Part shown: positions 1 to 9,963 of the stretch, piece by piece
Numbering within the stretch: the first letter of the stretch is position 1
How the letters are laid out: each line of letters opens with the position of its first letter
The notes under the pieces: model-generated
What the model was told of the DNA's origin: nothing
Database searches by the model: none
Seen by the model: the letters and a program-made list of their open reading frames with translations, nothing else
Virus record (IMG/VR): IMGVR_UViG_3300032293_001730
Span: 29,894-93,893 of that record
Origin: a virus
Direction: 5' to 3' (one strand)
DNA: 64,000 nucleotides
Made by a program: the position numbers and the translations under genes

Positions 1-2
1 CG

Positions 3-3000
3 CTGCAAGGCCTCGGCTATTCGCCGTGGATTGAAAACCAGGGGGACTGGGTCGACTTCAGTGGTGATATTGCCACCAACGGATTCGGGCTTCCGTTCAC
101 AGGAGGCTACGCGATCAAAAGCGACGGCACGCTGTGGTCTCTCGGCGGCACGCCGACCGACACTTTGTTCCAGGGAGATGACATCGCAAAGCCGTATCAG
201 GTCGGCTCCGATTCAGACTGGGCGAGTTTCTCCGGCGAATTCATCCTCAAGACCGACGGGTCACTGTGGTCTTTTGGAGGAAAGGGAAGAGGGTCCGACT
301 TACAGTCCTTCTATGGCAGAGGAGATGCTATTTCTGGCGGATACGGAAATGATAATAGCTTCCGCGCAGTAATATCTTGTTCAATTCGGTCGATTGAACT
401 ATTCAGCTATCAGCCGCACTTTGCAAAGAAGCCTGCGGTTACAATCGAGTCGAGAAAAAGGGTCGGCTACAATGAATTTACGCCCGTTCCACTTGCGGGG
501 GGGAGCGGCGTTCAGTTGTCTGTCAACTGGAAGGGCCAGCTACGCGATATTCGCCTTGTGTCTGGCGGATCAGGCTACACGTCCGCGCCGACCGTCTCTG
601 CAATTCCCGAGGGCGATGACGTCGACGATGGTTTGAAAATGTGGGCCTTAATGAATCCCTCCGCAACGGCTAGGTTTGTTGTCCAGTCGGGCGGATCGGG
701 CTACACATACGCGACCGCGACCGATCCGATCACTGGGGCAACCGCAGACGCAGTTGTAGAAAACGGGGCGGTCACTTCCTGGACGATGACGTCTTCCGGC
801 TCCGCCTCGCGGAGAATTTCCACTTCCCCGTACTTTCCGAGCGTCCAGTCAACGACGGCAACGGTTCAGGGTGACGGCACTGGCGCAGCAGCCTCCTGCG
901 TGGCGGCACCGACGTCGATAGCCGGAATTAGGGCTGGAAACTCAATATTCTCAACCGGGAACATATACGCAAGCGCCGACAACCCTCAGTGCTGGACGAC
1001 GCCGCCTTTGATTTCCATCTCTGGCGGCGGAGGCTCTGGGGCGGAGGCCGTAGTCGACAACTTGTGGGGAACCATAAAGTCGATTGCGGTAACCAACGGC
1101 GGGAGCGGGTACAGCGGAGGCAGCTTGTACCCGCTTCGAGCCGTCGCGACCCCGGCCAGCGGCGACACTCTTTCCACGAAAGAGGACATCGGCGACGTAA
1201 AACTTTTAGGCGGCAGCGTCGTTCGGATTGATGGACCGCAAGCTCCTGTTTTTCTTGGCGGCCAGACGGCAAGTACAGGTGTCATGCAGCCGTTCAACAT
1301 TGAAATCGCAGACATGTCCGAGCAGGATGCAGCAGGGTTTCCAGCCAATATACCCTTTAGTGCGGAGTTGGTCGGACTTGGCGGGCTGACTGTCCCGCTA
1401 ACGTTGTCGTCTCAGGTGTATACCGACGGCGGTACCGTGGCTCGCAGAAAAATCTTCGCGTCGCTCGACAGCCCGGCGGGGGGCTTCGGCCGCCAGCCGC
1501 CGATGATTCGTACTTACTTCCGTGGACATAGAGAAGGTATTCCTACGGCTACAGAATTTGTTCAAAGAGTATTTGTGAATGATTGCAATGACTGTAGCTA
1601 TGGTTCGTCTGGTTTCACGGTCTGCGCCGGCAGTACCCCGACGGCACTTGTCGCAAGAGTCGGACTAAGCAACGGTTTTTTGCCTAACGCGTTTCTGCTT
1701 GCAAACTCGGCAAAAAAAGTTAAAGCAGCCGGACCGCTTGGCGCAGAAATTGAATATGTGAACATAAACGGCGAATGGCGTCAGGAGTCGTCTAAGAATG
1801 TATTGCTTGGCGAGTACCCTCATTCGGCTACCGTGCCAATCCCCCCGCCGTCTAACCCCCCCGTCGACATTGAGTGGAGCGACGCACCGCTTCGATTTTC
1901 TAATTCGTATCCGTGGTGGAATGCAGGCTACGCTTTTATCCCAGAAAGAACATCCGAATTCGCTAACATTTACTGCATCGACGGTCGGCCGGGGTCGGCC
2001 GGGGTCGGCAGTTTGGCTACAGGGACCGCAAGCCTTACTCAAGGAGCGGGCGGGCTTTGGGGATACCAGTCCGTATCGCTTGCGTCCGGAGGGTCTGGAT
2101 ACACAGAAGAGCCGACCGTATATTTTGCGATCAACTCTCGGCCGATACCCGAAAGAATTGGAAACAAAACATGGACCAGCGTCGGCAGCAGCGTCACGGT
2201 TGTCTGGCTGCGAAATCTGGCGTTCTTCAATTTTGCCAGCCCCCTGACGGTACAAGTCGGCGTGACGACATCCGGAGAGGCGTACTTTATACCGTCTGCT
2301 TATTTTAACGACGGCGGCCAGCCAATTCCTGTCGGGAGAGGGGTGAAAGTTACCTGCGAGACAACGCTTACAGACCATATTGATCAATCCAGGATTATCA
2401 TTGATTATCCGGACTCTCCACTTGGCGAGCAGCCGAGTGTCAATAGCTGGAGGGCAGGCTATTTTCCAAACTTTTTGAATCGCGAGAGTGGCCTTGCCGC
2501 AACCCTTGAAAGCCAGGATTTTCCAGCGGACGGAAAAGATGAACGGCAGTACAGAACAATCGCGTTCAATCAAGAGTTTTTCGGCGGTGGATACACAAAG
2601 GTGCCCGCCGTTCGTTTTTTAGAACTAGACCCCGACAATCCTATTTACGAGTTTACGGCCGAGCTTGTCGGGCCTGAATCTTTTTCGAGGGTATCCGGGA
2701 CTTTCCTTATTGACTCAAACGGTACTGCGTGGGACCCGTTTTCAAAAGAGCCAGGGGCGTACCCGACGATCACCGCAGTCAGCCGCACAAAATTCGTCGG
2801 GAGAGCCACAAAACGCACCGAGCCAGAATACGGCGGCTTCGCCAGCGGCCAATGGTGGGGCGGACCGATCGGGTTTGTGGGCGCCCTCGCAGGTGCCGCC
2901 GACTTTTCGGGAGAGCTTGAAGAGATCGAGTTGGCAGAAAGCAAAACTCATCGAGTTTCGATTTTTAGAACAGGCCTTGAAAATTCTGGTGTCGTTTCTT

Positions 3001-6000
3001 GCTCCGTTTCCGTCGCAGGCGGACTGGGCAATCAAGGGGCTGCCCACGGCAGCGGGACCGCGTACACCTACGAAGACGAGTTCACCTGCCCGGCAGGCAC
3101 GTCGGTTGTTCCGTTCTCCAGGTTTGATTTTGGCACAATAGTAGATAAGGGATACAGAACTAGAATTTCGACGGACACATTTATTCGCAGTTCAAGGGCG
3201 CCCGCTCAACTCAACTTCACGCTTCCGTCGCTGGCCGATGGCAGGCTCTCCCGGGCGGGGGACACATATTTCTTCGCGTTTAGCAATTGGGGCGTCGAAG
3301 CTGATTCTTTCTCTCCTCCCTCGATCACGGTCGATGGTGACGCCTCGTTTGAAATTTGCGAAAATGTCGTATCTTCGATGAGGAGAGTGCCTCGCGTTGT
3401 CGAGAATCGCGGACAAATCGTGTGGCTCGATGATGGGTCAGTCGGGTACTACATTAACGGCGTTGTCTTCGTCGATCCAGTCTTGTCTGGACTTCTTCCT
3501 CCACAAAACGCTTCACTCAACACCGGCAGAATAGGGCAGAAGCTCTACGGCCTTACTTCATTTGGCGTTGACACAAACGGCAATTGGTTGCCGGCAGGCT
3601 GCTCCAACAGGCTCCGCCGCAAGATCGACCTCGAAGTGAAGGTGGACTCGTTCGGCTCTGGGTACACGGAGCCGCCAGTCGTTGAGGTAAGTCAGCCCCC
3701 GGGCACGGCTATCGTCAAGACCAAGATCAACGGCAAGGCCAGGGGCGCGGCGATTGTTCGGCCCGGGGTCGGGTTTCATTCCCCTCCGGCTCTCACGGTG
3801 ACGCCAAACGACGATGAAGGCGACGGCGCCTCGCTGACGGCAGTTATTCAGGGGCCAGTCTACGACACGAAATTGACATCTGGCGGTTCTGGATACAGGT
3901 GTCCTCCGGAAGTGCTGTTTTCAACGAACGGCGTACCGGGAGTTGCCTCTGCATCGTGCTCCGGGTCAATCGGCTCCGTGACTGTTGCTGACGGGGGGAG
4001 CGGATTCCGGTCGCCGGCGGAGATTTCATTTTCAGGCCTGGGGAGCGGGGCGTCTGCGACCGCGCAAATAAAGGGATACGTCCAGTACGTCACGGTAAAC
4101 AACAGCGGCGCCGGGTACGCTTCGGAGCCGGCTGTGTCTTTCTCGGGCGGGGGCGGGTCCGGCGCGGCTGCGATTCCCGTGCTCTCGGCAGACGGCCAGG
4201 GGAAGTTCAAGGTCACGAGAGTCATCGTGACTTCCGGCGGCTCAGGCTATACGTCAGAGCCAAGCGTGTCATTCTCCGGAGGCGGCGGATCAGGAGCATC
4301 CGCCGCCGCCACGCTCGACGCTGCAATAACGTCAGTTCAACTAACGTCCGGAGGCTCGGGATACGCAACAGGGACTTCCGCCTCCGCCGGGAACGCAAAA
4401 CTTGGCGTCACGCTCTCGATGGCAGTCGACTCGATTGACATTCAGTACGGCGGCAGATACCGGCGGCAGCCTACGGTCTCGTTGCAGCCGTTTGGGCACA
4501 TTGAGTCGATCTCACTCACAAACGGAGGCAGCGGCTATTCGTCTTCGCCCCTGGTCGGCGTAGTCGCGCCGTGCGGAAAAGGTGCGAAAGCGGAGTGCAG
4601 GATTTCAGCATCCGTAGCCTCCATTTCCGTACTGAGCGGAGGGCAGGGGTATGTCAATCCGCCTCTGGTCGAGCTTGTCGGCGGCTACGACCCAGCAAAC
4701 GGCAGGCAAGCGAAGGCTCACGCCGTTGCCTCCGGCGGAGTCGTTTCCTCGATCGTCATAGACGACGAAGGCTCAGGGTATTTCCAGCCCCCAACGGTTT
4801 CTTTTGCGAAGTACACCGAAGCGATTCTGAAATGTACGGCCTCTGGCGGCGCTATTACGGGCGTCGATGTTCTCTCTGGCGGTTACGGATACGCAGCCGC
4901 CCCCGCCCTCTCCTTCTCCGGAGGCAACGGCGCGACGGCTACGGCAACCGTATCCGGCGGAAGAATTACTTCAGTTACAGTAACCTCAGGGGGCTCCGGG
5001 TATTCGGACGGGGCAAGGTGCCTGATTGCAAGCGGAATCGGCACGGGGGCTACTGCATCTGCAAGCATATCAGGAGAAGTTTCGTCGGTGACTGTCACGG
5101 ACTGCGGATACGATTTCGAGCCAGGAGAACCTGTTTTCGTCTTCTTTAGCGGCGGAGGCGGCGACGGCGCGGCGGCGACGGCATCCATTTCCACGGCAGG
5201 CTCAGGCGCGGCGGCAACTGCCAGGATCAACGGTTCGATCGTGGCCGTGAAGATCAACTCACAGGGCAGTGGATACCAAACGTCGCCTTCCGTTTCGGTC
5301 GACATGAGCAACAATTTCCTGGCAGAAGACCCTTCTGACCCAGATTTCTTGCCTTACATTCAACTGCGAATTGCGGGAAGAGTTTCCGAGGCAGAGATCG
5401 TCGAGCCGGGCTCAAGCTACGGCACGCGAGACGACCGTTTCAACATTTTCCAAAAGCCTTCCTGGGCAACCGCAGCGGCGGGCCCGCTCGGAGGAGCAAT
5501 CACGGCCGTCTCGTATTCCCAGGCGGGGCTGACAGGCGTTTACTCTGCCCCCCCGCAGATGAATTTTGAAAACACAATCGTGCCCTACTCCGAGACTTCT
5601 TGCCTGAAAGGCGCTTTTAGCGTCGACGTCGGCGAGCAAGGTTCAGGCCCGGCCCGTACAGGAACAGGAAGTATTTACACGGGGGGCGGGGGTGCGCTTC
5701 CTGATGATTTTCGTCCGTCCTCTAGTCTGTCAACTTACCGTCGGCTGGACAATTCTGGAGATAGCGGAATATCGTTTTCAATGCTTGGAAAGGTCGGCGC
5801 TTCTAGTAATTGCATTGAATTCGATTCAACATTGAGGCAATTTCGTCTTGATCGCCTTCGGAGAGGGCCGTGGGGTTTTGCAATGCCCGTGTACTCGCAG
5901 TCTTCTTTGCCGACAGTCCTCGTCGTAGACGCAAACGGGGAGGGCGCGGCCGCTCAGATGCAGTCGCCGAGTTCCCTTCCAATAACCTCCCAGGGAGATG

Positions 6001-6764
6001 ACTACACCCTTGACGCAACGCTCTACATGCGGGGCGGGAGGCCAGCCTCGTGGGACTCGCCACCGATCGGATCGGTCAGCATCAACCAGTCGACCGGGAA
6101 AATCACCGACACTATAACGTGGCAAACCATCGGCCAGGGAAACGGCGTTTTTGAAAATGGCGCTTACGCCGACGTCTACCTCGACGGAGGCGGCGGCAGC
6201 GAAGGGTCTCTCCTTCCGGTGGGTACCTTAACTGCCCGCAACCCGCCGCAACTGATTGGACTTAACCCTGCCGCATCTTTCTGGAGCAGGTCTTTTTCGT
6301 CCCCGCCGAGGGTGATTGTTGTCACAAGGGAAAAGCCTGCACACCGACAGAGAAGCGATGTTTCATTTTCGTATTTTCAAAGGCCAGAAAAGCCGCTATT
6401 TGCGAACCAGCTACTGGCGTTGAACCAGTCTCTTCCGCTGGTAAGCGCCGCCCCAGAGTCGATGACGTCAGAATCAACTTCGCCAGCGGTTATTTTCAGG
6501 GACGTCTTCTCAAGCTGGAAAGACCCGACGTCAAGCGTGCCATTCGGAGATGGATGGAACTTTTTTATGCACTACTGGGACGGTCAAGTTGACTTTGTTT
6601 GGATTGGCTATCCAAGCCAAGCCAGGGCCACGGATTTATCTTCCGCCCCCGCGTTTTCTTTCTCGCTCGGCGGGGAGGGAGGCGGGGCGTCCGCACACTC
6701 AGAATTTGTCGGCTGGACAGGCTACTTCAGCGATTTCCGCGCTGTTCGCATTCCCCCAACATGA
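3..6764 (+). CDS. Giant virion/adhesin-like protein, N-terminally truncated; RCC1-like repeats plus many GSGY beta-repeats
   Basis: The frame is open from position 3, so the 165 start is an artefact. AIKSDGTLWSLG and ILKTDGSLWSFG are RCC1-like. Many V-x-x-G-S-G-Y...P-x-V-x-F-S-G-G-G-G-S-G-A repeats, typical of aquatic phage structural proteins. Confidence 0.7.
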   Translation: MQGLGYSPWIENQGDWVDFSGDIATNGFGLPFTGGYAIKSDGTLWSLGGTPTDTLFQGDDIAKPYQVGSDSDWASFSGEFILKTDGSLWSFGGKGRGSDLQSFYGRGDAISGGYGNDNSFRAVISCSIRSIELFSYQPHFAKKPAVTIESRKRVGYNEFTPVPLAGGSGVQLSVNWKGQLRDIRLVSGGSGYTSAPTVSAIPEGDDVDDGLKMWALMNPSATARFVVQSGGSGYTYATATDPITGATADAVVENGAVTSWTMTSSGSASRRISTSPYFPSVQSTTATVQGDGTGAAASCVAAPTSIAGIRAGNSIFSTGNIYASADNPQCWTTPPLISISGGGGSGAEAVVDNLWGTIKSIAVTNGGSGYSGGSLYPLRAVATPASGDTLSTKEDIGDVKLLGGSVVRIDGPQAPVFLGGQTASTGVMQPFNIEIADMSEQDAAGFPANIPFSAELVGLGGLTVPLTLSSQVYTDGGTVARRKIFASLDSPAGGFGRQPPMIRTYFRGHREGIPTATEFVQRVFVNDCNDCSYGSSGFTVCAGSTPTALVARVGLSNGFLPNAFLLANSAKKVKAAGPLGAEIEYVNINGEWRQESSKNVLLGEYPHSATVPIPPPSNPPVDIEWSDAPLRFSNSYPWWNAGYAFIPERTSEFANIYCIDGRPGSAGVGSLATGTASLTQGAGGLWGYQSVSLASGGSGYTEEPTVYFAINSRPIPERIGNKTWTSVGSSVTVVWLRNLAFFNFASPLTVQVGVTTSGEAYFIPSAYFNDGGQPIPVGRGVKVTCETTLTDHIDQSRIIIDYPDSPLGEQPSVNSWRAGYFPNFLNRESGLAATLESQDFPADGKDERQYRTIAFNQEFFGGGYTKVPAVRFLELDPDNPIYEFTAELVGPESFSRVSGTFLIDSNGTAWDPFSKEPGAYPTITAVSRTKFVGRATKRTEPEYGGFASGQWWGGPIGFVGALAGAADFSGELEEIELAESKTHRVSIFRTGLENSGVVSCSVSVAGGLGNQGAAHGSGTAYTYEDEFTCPAGTSVVPFSRFDFGTIVDKGYRTRISTDTFIRSSRAPAQLNFTLPSLADGRLSRAGDTYFFAFSNWGVEADSFSPPSITVDGDASFEICENVVSSMRRVPRVVENRGQIVWLDDGSVGYYINGVVFVDPVLSGLLPPQNASLNTGRIGQKLYGLTSFGVDTNGNWLPAGCSNRLRRKIDLEVKVDSFGSGYTEPPVVEVSQPPGTAIVKTKINGKARGAAIVRPGVGFHSPPALTVTPNDDEGDGASLTAVIQGPVYDTKLTSGGSGYRCPPEVLFSTNGVPGVASASCSGSIGSVTVADGGSGFRSPAEISFSGLGSGASATAQIKGYVQYVTVNNSGAGYASEPAVSFSGGGGSGAAAIPVLSADGQGKFKVTRVIVTSGGSGYTSEPSVSFSGGGGSGASAAATLDAAITSVQLTSGGSGYATGTSASAGNAKLGVTLSMAVDSIDIQYGGRYRRQPTVSLQPFGHIESISLTNGGSGYSSSPLVGVVAPCGKGAKAECRISASVASISVLSGGQGYVNPPLVELVGGYDPANGRQAKAHAVASGGVVSSIVIDDEGSGYFQPPTVSFAKYTEAILKCTASGGAITGVDVLSGGYGYAAAPALSFSGGNGATATATVSGGRITSVTVTSGGSGYSDGARCLIASGIGTGATASASISGEVSSVTVTDCGYDFEPGEPVFVFFSGGGGDGAAATASISTAGSGAAATARINGSIVAVKINSQGSGYQTSPSVSVDMSNNFLAEDPSDPDFLPYIQLRIAGRVSEAEIVEPGSSYGTRDDRFNIFQKPSWATAAAGPLGGAITAVSYSQAGLTGVYSAPPQMNFENTIVPYSETSCLKGAFSVDVGEQGSGPARTGTGSIYTGGGGALPDDFRPSSSLSTYRRLDNSGDSGISFSMLGKVGASSNCIEFDSTLRQFRLDRLRRGPWGFAMPVYSQSSLPTVLVVDANGEGAAAQMQSPSSLPITSQGDDYTLDATLYMRGGRPASWDSPPIGSVSINQSTGKITDTITWQTIGQGNGVFENGAYADVYLDGGGGSEGSLLPVGTLTARNPPQLIGLNPAASFWSRSFSSPPRVIVVTREKPAHRQRSDVSFSYFQRPEKPLFANQLLALNQSLPLVSAAPESMTSESTSPAVIFRDVFSSWKDPTSSVPFGDGWNFFMHYWDGQVDFVWIGYPSQARATDLSSAPAFSFSLGGEGGGASAHSEFVGWTGYFSDFRAVRIPPT

Positions 6765-7144
6765 ACCCCTGCCTCCCCGGAACAGCCCTGAAGCAACTCC
6801 TGTCCTGGTTCAAGCTCCAGGACGAAGCCGGCTGCCAGTGTGCGTCCAGGGCCCGAATCATGGACGCTTGGGGGTGTGACGAGACAGAGAGGAGAATGGA
6901 CGAAGTGGTTGGCTGGCTGCGGGAGGCCGCCGCCGCCCGAGGACTGCCGTTCATCGATTTCGCCGCCAGAGCCGCCGTGAAACTTGCAATCTGGAGAGCG
7001 AGGAATGGATCATCACTTCCTGATCAACGGCCAGAGGTGGCTCTGGAGGTACTCGAAGCTCAAGGGCGGAGCGGAGGGCTGGACGGAGTACAGCAAGCAC
7101 AAGGTGCTGATCCACTCGAAGCTCCGCCGGCGAGCGAGACTTGA
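6761..7144 (+). CDS. Hypothetical phage protein (CxC motif)
   Basis: ATG overlaps the upstream stop (ATGA); MNPCLPGTALKQLL...GCQCASRARIMDAWG. Confidence 0.55.
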   Translation: MNPCLPGTALKQLLSWFKLQDEAGCQCASRARIMDAWGCDETERRMDEVVGWLREAAAARGLPFIDFAARAAVKLAIWRARNGSSLPDQRPEVALEVLEAQGRSGGLDGVQQAQGADPLEAPPASET

Positions 7145-7292
7145 ATGCGAACTCCACGAGGGATTGCACGCTGCCCTGGGCGACACGATCAGCGAGTCCT
7201 GTGTCGAGCGGACGGCTGCGGACTTGGCAAAAATCCTCTACTCGTTAGGCTATAGGCTGGATACGAGTACCCACGGAGGGCAACAGCCATGA
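7005..7292 (+). CDS. Small HExxH zinc-metallopeptidase-like protein
   Basis: LHEGLH motif; coupled to the next gene. Confidence 0.55.
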   Translation: MDHHFLINGQRWLWRYSKLKGGAEGWTEYSKHKVLIHSKLRRRARLECELHEGLHAALGDTISESCVERTAADLAKILYSLGYRLDTSTHGGQQP

Positions 7293-7795
7293 TCGACGAC
7301 AGGGAGGCAGTGGAGGAATTGGTCGAGGAGATGAAGAGCGACGACGTCGTGCCTCGACTCTTCGACTCGCTCGACAATCCGAAGGACATCGTCGGCAGCA
7401 ACAAGTTGCCGCTTCATCTCTGGCCGATGACGGCCACCGCGATGGGCTCGATCGCGATGCTCAACGGCGCAATCAAGTATGGCCGAAGCAACTGGCGGGT
7501 AGTTGGCATCAAGGCCTCGATCTACGTCGACGCCTGCCAGCGGCATCTCTCGCAGTGGTTCGAGGGACACGAGTGCGACGAGGAGGGGGTGCCTCACCTC
7601 GCTTCGGCGCTCGCCTGCCTCGCGATTGTCGTCGACGCCCGTGCTGCCGGGACGCTCAGGGACGATCGGCAGGTCGAGGGCGGATACCGAGAACTCGTTC
7701 AGCAACTCACGCCGCATGTTGCCAGGATCAGAGAACTGCATGCAGATCGTCCTCCGGCCAAGCAGTGGACGATCCAAGACTCTCCCCCGCCGTGA
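7289..7795 (+). CDS. dATP/dGTP diphosphohydrolase-domain protein (DUF5664-like)
   Basis: NPKD..G..KLPLHL, GAIKYGRSNWR, YVDACQRHL..W..G...D..GVPHLA. Confidence 0.8.
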   Translation: MIDDREAVEELVEEMKSDDVVPRLFDSLDNPKDIVGSNKLPLHLWPMTATAMGSIAMLNGAIKYGRSNWRVVGIKASIYVDACQRHLSQWFEGHECDEEGVPHLASALACLAIVVDARAAGTLRDDRQVEGGYRELVQQLTPHVARIRELHADRPPAKQWTIQDSPPP

Positions 7796-7844
7796 GAGGC
7801 GGCCACACGTCCTCGCCTACCCCGTGTGGCCGCCTCCGGCGGGC

Positions 7845-8720
7845 TTATCCTCGATGAATCGTCGGCAGGACGTGGCACGCGGGCGTGCTCAAGTCTGCAT
7901 ACCTGGGATCGAGGTATGCCTTCGTGATTTTTGGGCTTGAGTGATCGAGCAGGAGAGTTGGATTGCCTCCCCGTGCAGCGTAGTGACTCGCGGCACAGCG
8001 TCGGAGCTTGTGGAATTTTGCCTTCCTCCCGCTCCCCAGGCCCGCAGCCGTGACAATGTCGCCGAAACGCATCCAGATGTGCGTGTAGCAGCGATCCCAA
8101 CGCCAGATCAGGTCCGTCGGCTTCCGCCCCTCGCACAGCTTGCCCACGAGCAACGCCGTCTCGTCGGTGAGCGTGTAGAGCCGGTCCCGTTTGCCCCCCT
8201 TTCGGTTCTCGGCCCGGACGAGCAGCCGAGCCCCAGACCAGTCTTCCACACGGGCGGCGAAGATCGCGCCGCACCGTTCCGCCGACTCGTAGAGGACACA
8301 GATCAACGATCGCCAGAAAAGCCCGGCCGGCACGTCGCCGATTCGCCCAGGTGTCGCCCCGGCGATCGACACGAGGTGCTGTAGCTCCTCGACGGACCAG
8401 CACTGCGGAACTCGCTCCGGCAGTCGCGACGACGGCGGCACGCACGGGGAGACGTTCCTGATTCCACGGTCACGGGCAAAGCGACCCAGCGACACTAGCT
8501 GGCTTCGCTCCTTCTCGGCCGTGTAGGGGCTTCGTTGCTGAGCCCGCAGGTCGAGGAATCTCGACAGCACGAGATCGTCGAGATCGTCGACGGTGGCCTC
8601 GCGGGCTAGGTAGCGAGTGAATGTCCTGAGGGTGCAGCGATACAGGCGGGCGGTGTTTTCGCTTCGCCCACGCAGGCGAAGGGGGCGGAAGTGGTTCTCG
8701 AATAAATCGTTGAGTGTCAT
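7845..8720 (-). CDS. Tyrosine recombinase/integrase
   Basis: N-terminal SAM-like domain (SENTARLYRCTL); catalytic set R (SAERCGA), K (RKGGK), HKLRR, LLDHS, Y (TKAYLD). Confidence 0.9.
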   Translation of the reverse strand: MTLNDLFENHFRPLRLRGRSENTARLYRCTLRTFTRYLAREATVDDLDDLVLSRFLDLRAQQRSPYTAEKERSQLVSLGRFARDRGIRNVSPCVPPSSRLPERVPQCWSVEELQHLVSIAGATPGRIGDVPAGLFWRSLICVLYESAERCGAIFAARVEDWSGARLLVRAENRKGGKRDRLYTLTDETALLVGKLCEGRKPTDLIWRWDRCYTHIWMRFGDIVTAAGLGSGRKAKFHKLRRCAASHYAARGGNPTLLLDHSSPKITKAYLDPRYADLSTPACHVLPTIHRG

Positions 8721-8840
8721 GGCGTATCTCCAAATTACAGGGAAGGAGGATACGCATCCGTGCGAGGTAGTCATGCCTCCGTGGGGGGGCGCTCTCCTTC
8801 GAGAGAGGGCCCCCCGGGGTATGCCTTTTTGGACTAATCG

Positions 8841-9125
8841 CTACAGAGGGGGTCGTCTCCCTCGGTTGTCGCCCTTAATCGCGATCCGAATGTCCTCGCC
8901 CAGGGCGAGGGCTGCATATTCGATCGTGTTCAGCGGCGAATCTTCTCTTGAGCCATCGTGCGCGCAGAGCAGGTGATGGGGCAGGACGTCACGGATGATT
9001 TTCCGGACGGCCTCGTTGCCGACGACACGGCCCACGCGGCCCTCGATCAAGTCTGCGATCCGCTTGGCATCGTCATAGGCGTCGAGGCATTCAACTTCTC
9101 CGACTGCGTCCCAAAACGGCTTCAT
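8841..9125 (-). CDS. Hypothetical protein upstream of the integrase
   Basis: MKPFWDAVGE..., preceded on the - strand by AACCAGGAGAACCAGCATG, the same leader used in the cassette array. Confidence 0.6.
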   Translation of the reverse strand: MKPFWDAVGEVECLDAYDDAKRIADLIEGRVGRVVGNEAVRKIIRDVLPHHLLCAHDGSREDSPLNTIEYAALALGEDIRIAIKGDNRGRRPPL

Positions 9126-9215
9126 GCTGGTTCTCCTGGTTGGGGTCACTTTTCCGAGGGGGCGATCCCCACGGCCGGAGAAATAGTGGCACCCCCGCCA
9201 CTTGAATGCAAGTCC

Positions 9216-9244
9216 CCAGGGTTCTGGACGGTCCAGAACCCTGG
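9216..9244. repeat. Perfect 29-bp inverted repeat between divergent genes
   Basis: CCAGGGTTCTGGAC-G-GTCCAGAACCCTGG (14-bp arms), followed by TTTTTG. Confidence 0.9.
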
Positions 9245-9280
9245 TTTTTGGCCCGAAAGTACGGAAATGAGGAGACATTC

Positions 9281-9730
9281 ATGGCTGCGGACAGGATTGT
9301 GTCGGTTGTCGAGGCGGCGTCGGTGCGGGGGGTCTCCCGCGAGGCGATTATGAAGGCCATCAAGACGGGTCGCCTCTACGGCCACCTATTGTCCGGAAAG
9401 GGTTACTTACTCTCGGCGAGGCAGGTCGAAGGCAAGACGTTCGACAGGCCGGCGTTCGAGAAGCTCTGCCGTCAGTACATCAGCGTCCCGGAGGCCTGCA
9501 ACATCGTCTGGAAAACAGACGCTGCCGTGATGCGAGACCTCAGATCGGGAAAGATCAAGGGACTCAGAGTCAATCCGAAGTGCTGGGCCGTGCTCAAGTC
9601 TTCGGCCGAGGAAGAGTTTCGAGACTACGAGGAGAACGAGAAGCACCGCGTCGGCAGAAAGAGGACTGTCGGCGCCACTCGCTCGCCGCGAGACATCCGA
9701 AAAAAGTCCTTGAAACGGAAAGGCCGCTGA
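9281..9730 (+). CDS. DNA-binding protein with two tandem excisionase/MerR-like HTH domains
   Basis: VSVVEAASVRGVSREAIMKAIKTGRL and ISVPEACNIVWKTDAAVMRDLRSGKIKG; RBS GAGGAGA. Confidence 0.75.
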   Translation: MAADRIVSVVEAASVRGVSREAIMKAIKTGRLYGHLLSGKGYLLSARQVEGKTFDRPAFEKLCRQYISVPEACNIVWKTDAAVMRDLRSGKIKGLRVNPKCWAVLKSSAEEEFRDYEENEKHRVGRKRTVGATRSPRDIRKKSLKRKGR

Positions 9731-9753
9731 GTACAATCGGCACAGTGTTGCAA

Positions 9754-9963
9754 ATGATTATCCTGACCACCGTCGAGGCGGCCGAAGAACTCGGGACAAG
9801 CGCGTCAAGCATTTCTCGTGCTGCGAGGAAGGCCAACGTGGGAGTCCGACGAGAGGACGGTCGCCTCGTCGGTGTCAGCCGCAACGACATGAAGGCGATC
9901 AAGAAGCTCCTGCGGTACAAGGCCGGCAATCCCAACTTCGTCAAGGTGAAGAGGCATGCATAA
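9754..9963 (+). CDS. Small HTH DNA-binding protein
   Basis: LTTVEAAEELGTSASSISRAARK; TTGAAA..TACAAT promoter-like sequence at 9710-9737. Confidence 0.7.
   Translation: MIILTTVEAAEELGTSASSISRAARKANVGVRREDGRLVGVSRNDMKAIKKLLRYKAGNPNFVKVKRHA

Noticed and set aside
7289-7795. 2-aminoadenine (Z) genome pathway
   Set aside because: No PurZ-like gene or dedicated polymerase is recognisable in the window.
7845-8720. Calling the tyrosine recombinase an integron integrase (IntI)
   Set aside because: No IntI-specific insertion is visible before the HxxR motif and there is no adjacent attI. Any link to the array or the attC-like site is unproven.
8775-9205. tRNA or tRNA-derived att site near the integrase (GC hairpin ~8783-8815; CCCCGCCACT ~9193)
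   Set aside because: No cloverleaf or T-loop (GTTCRA) context, and no duplicated att core in the window.
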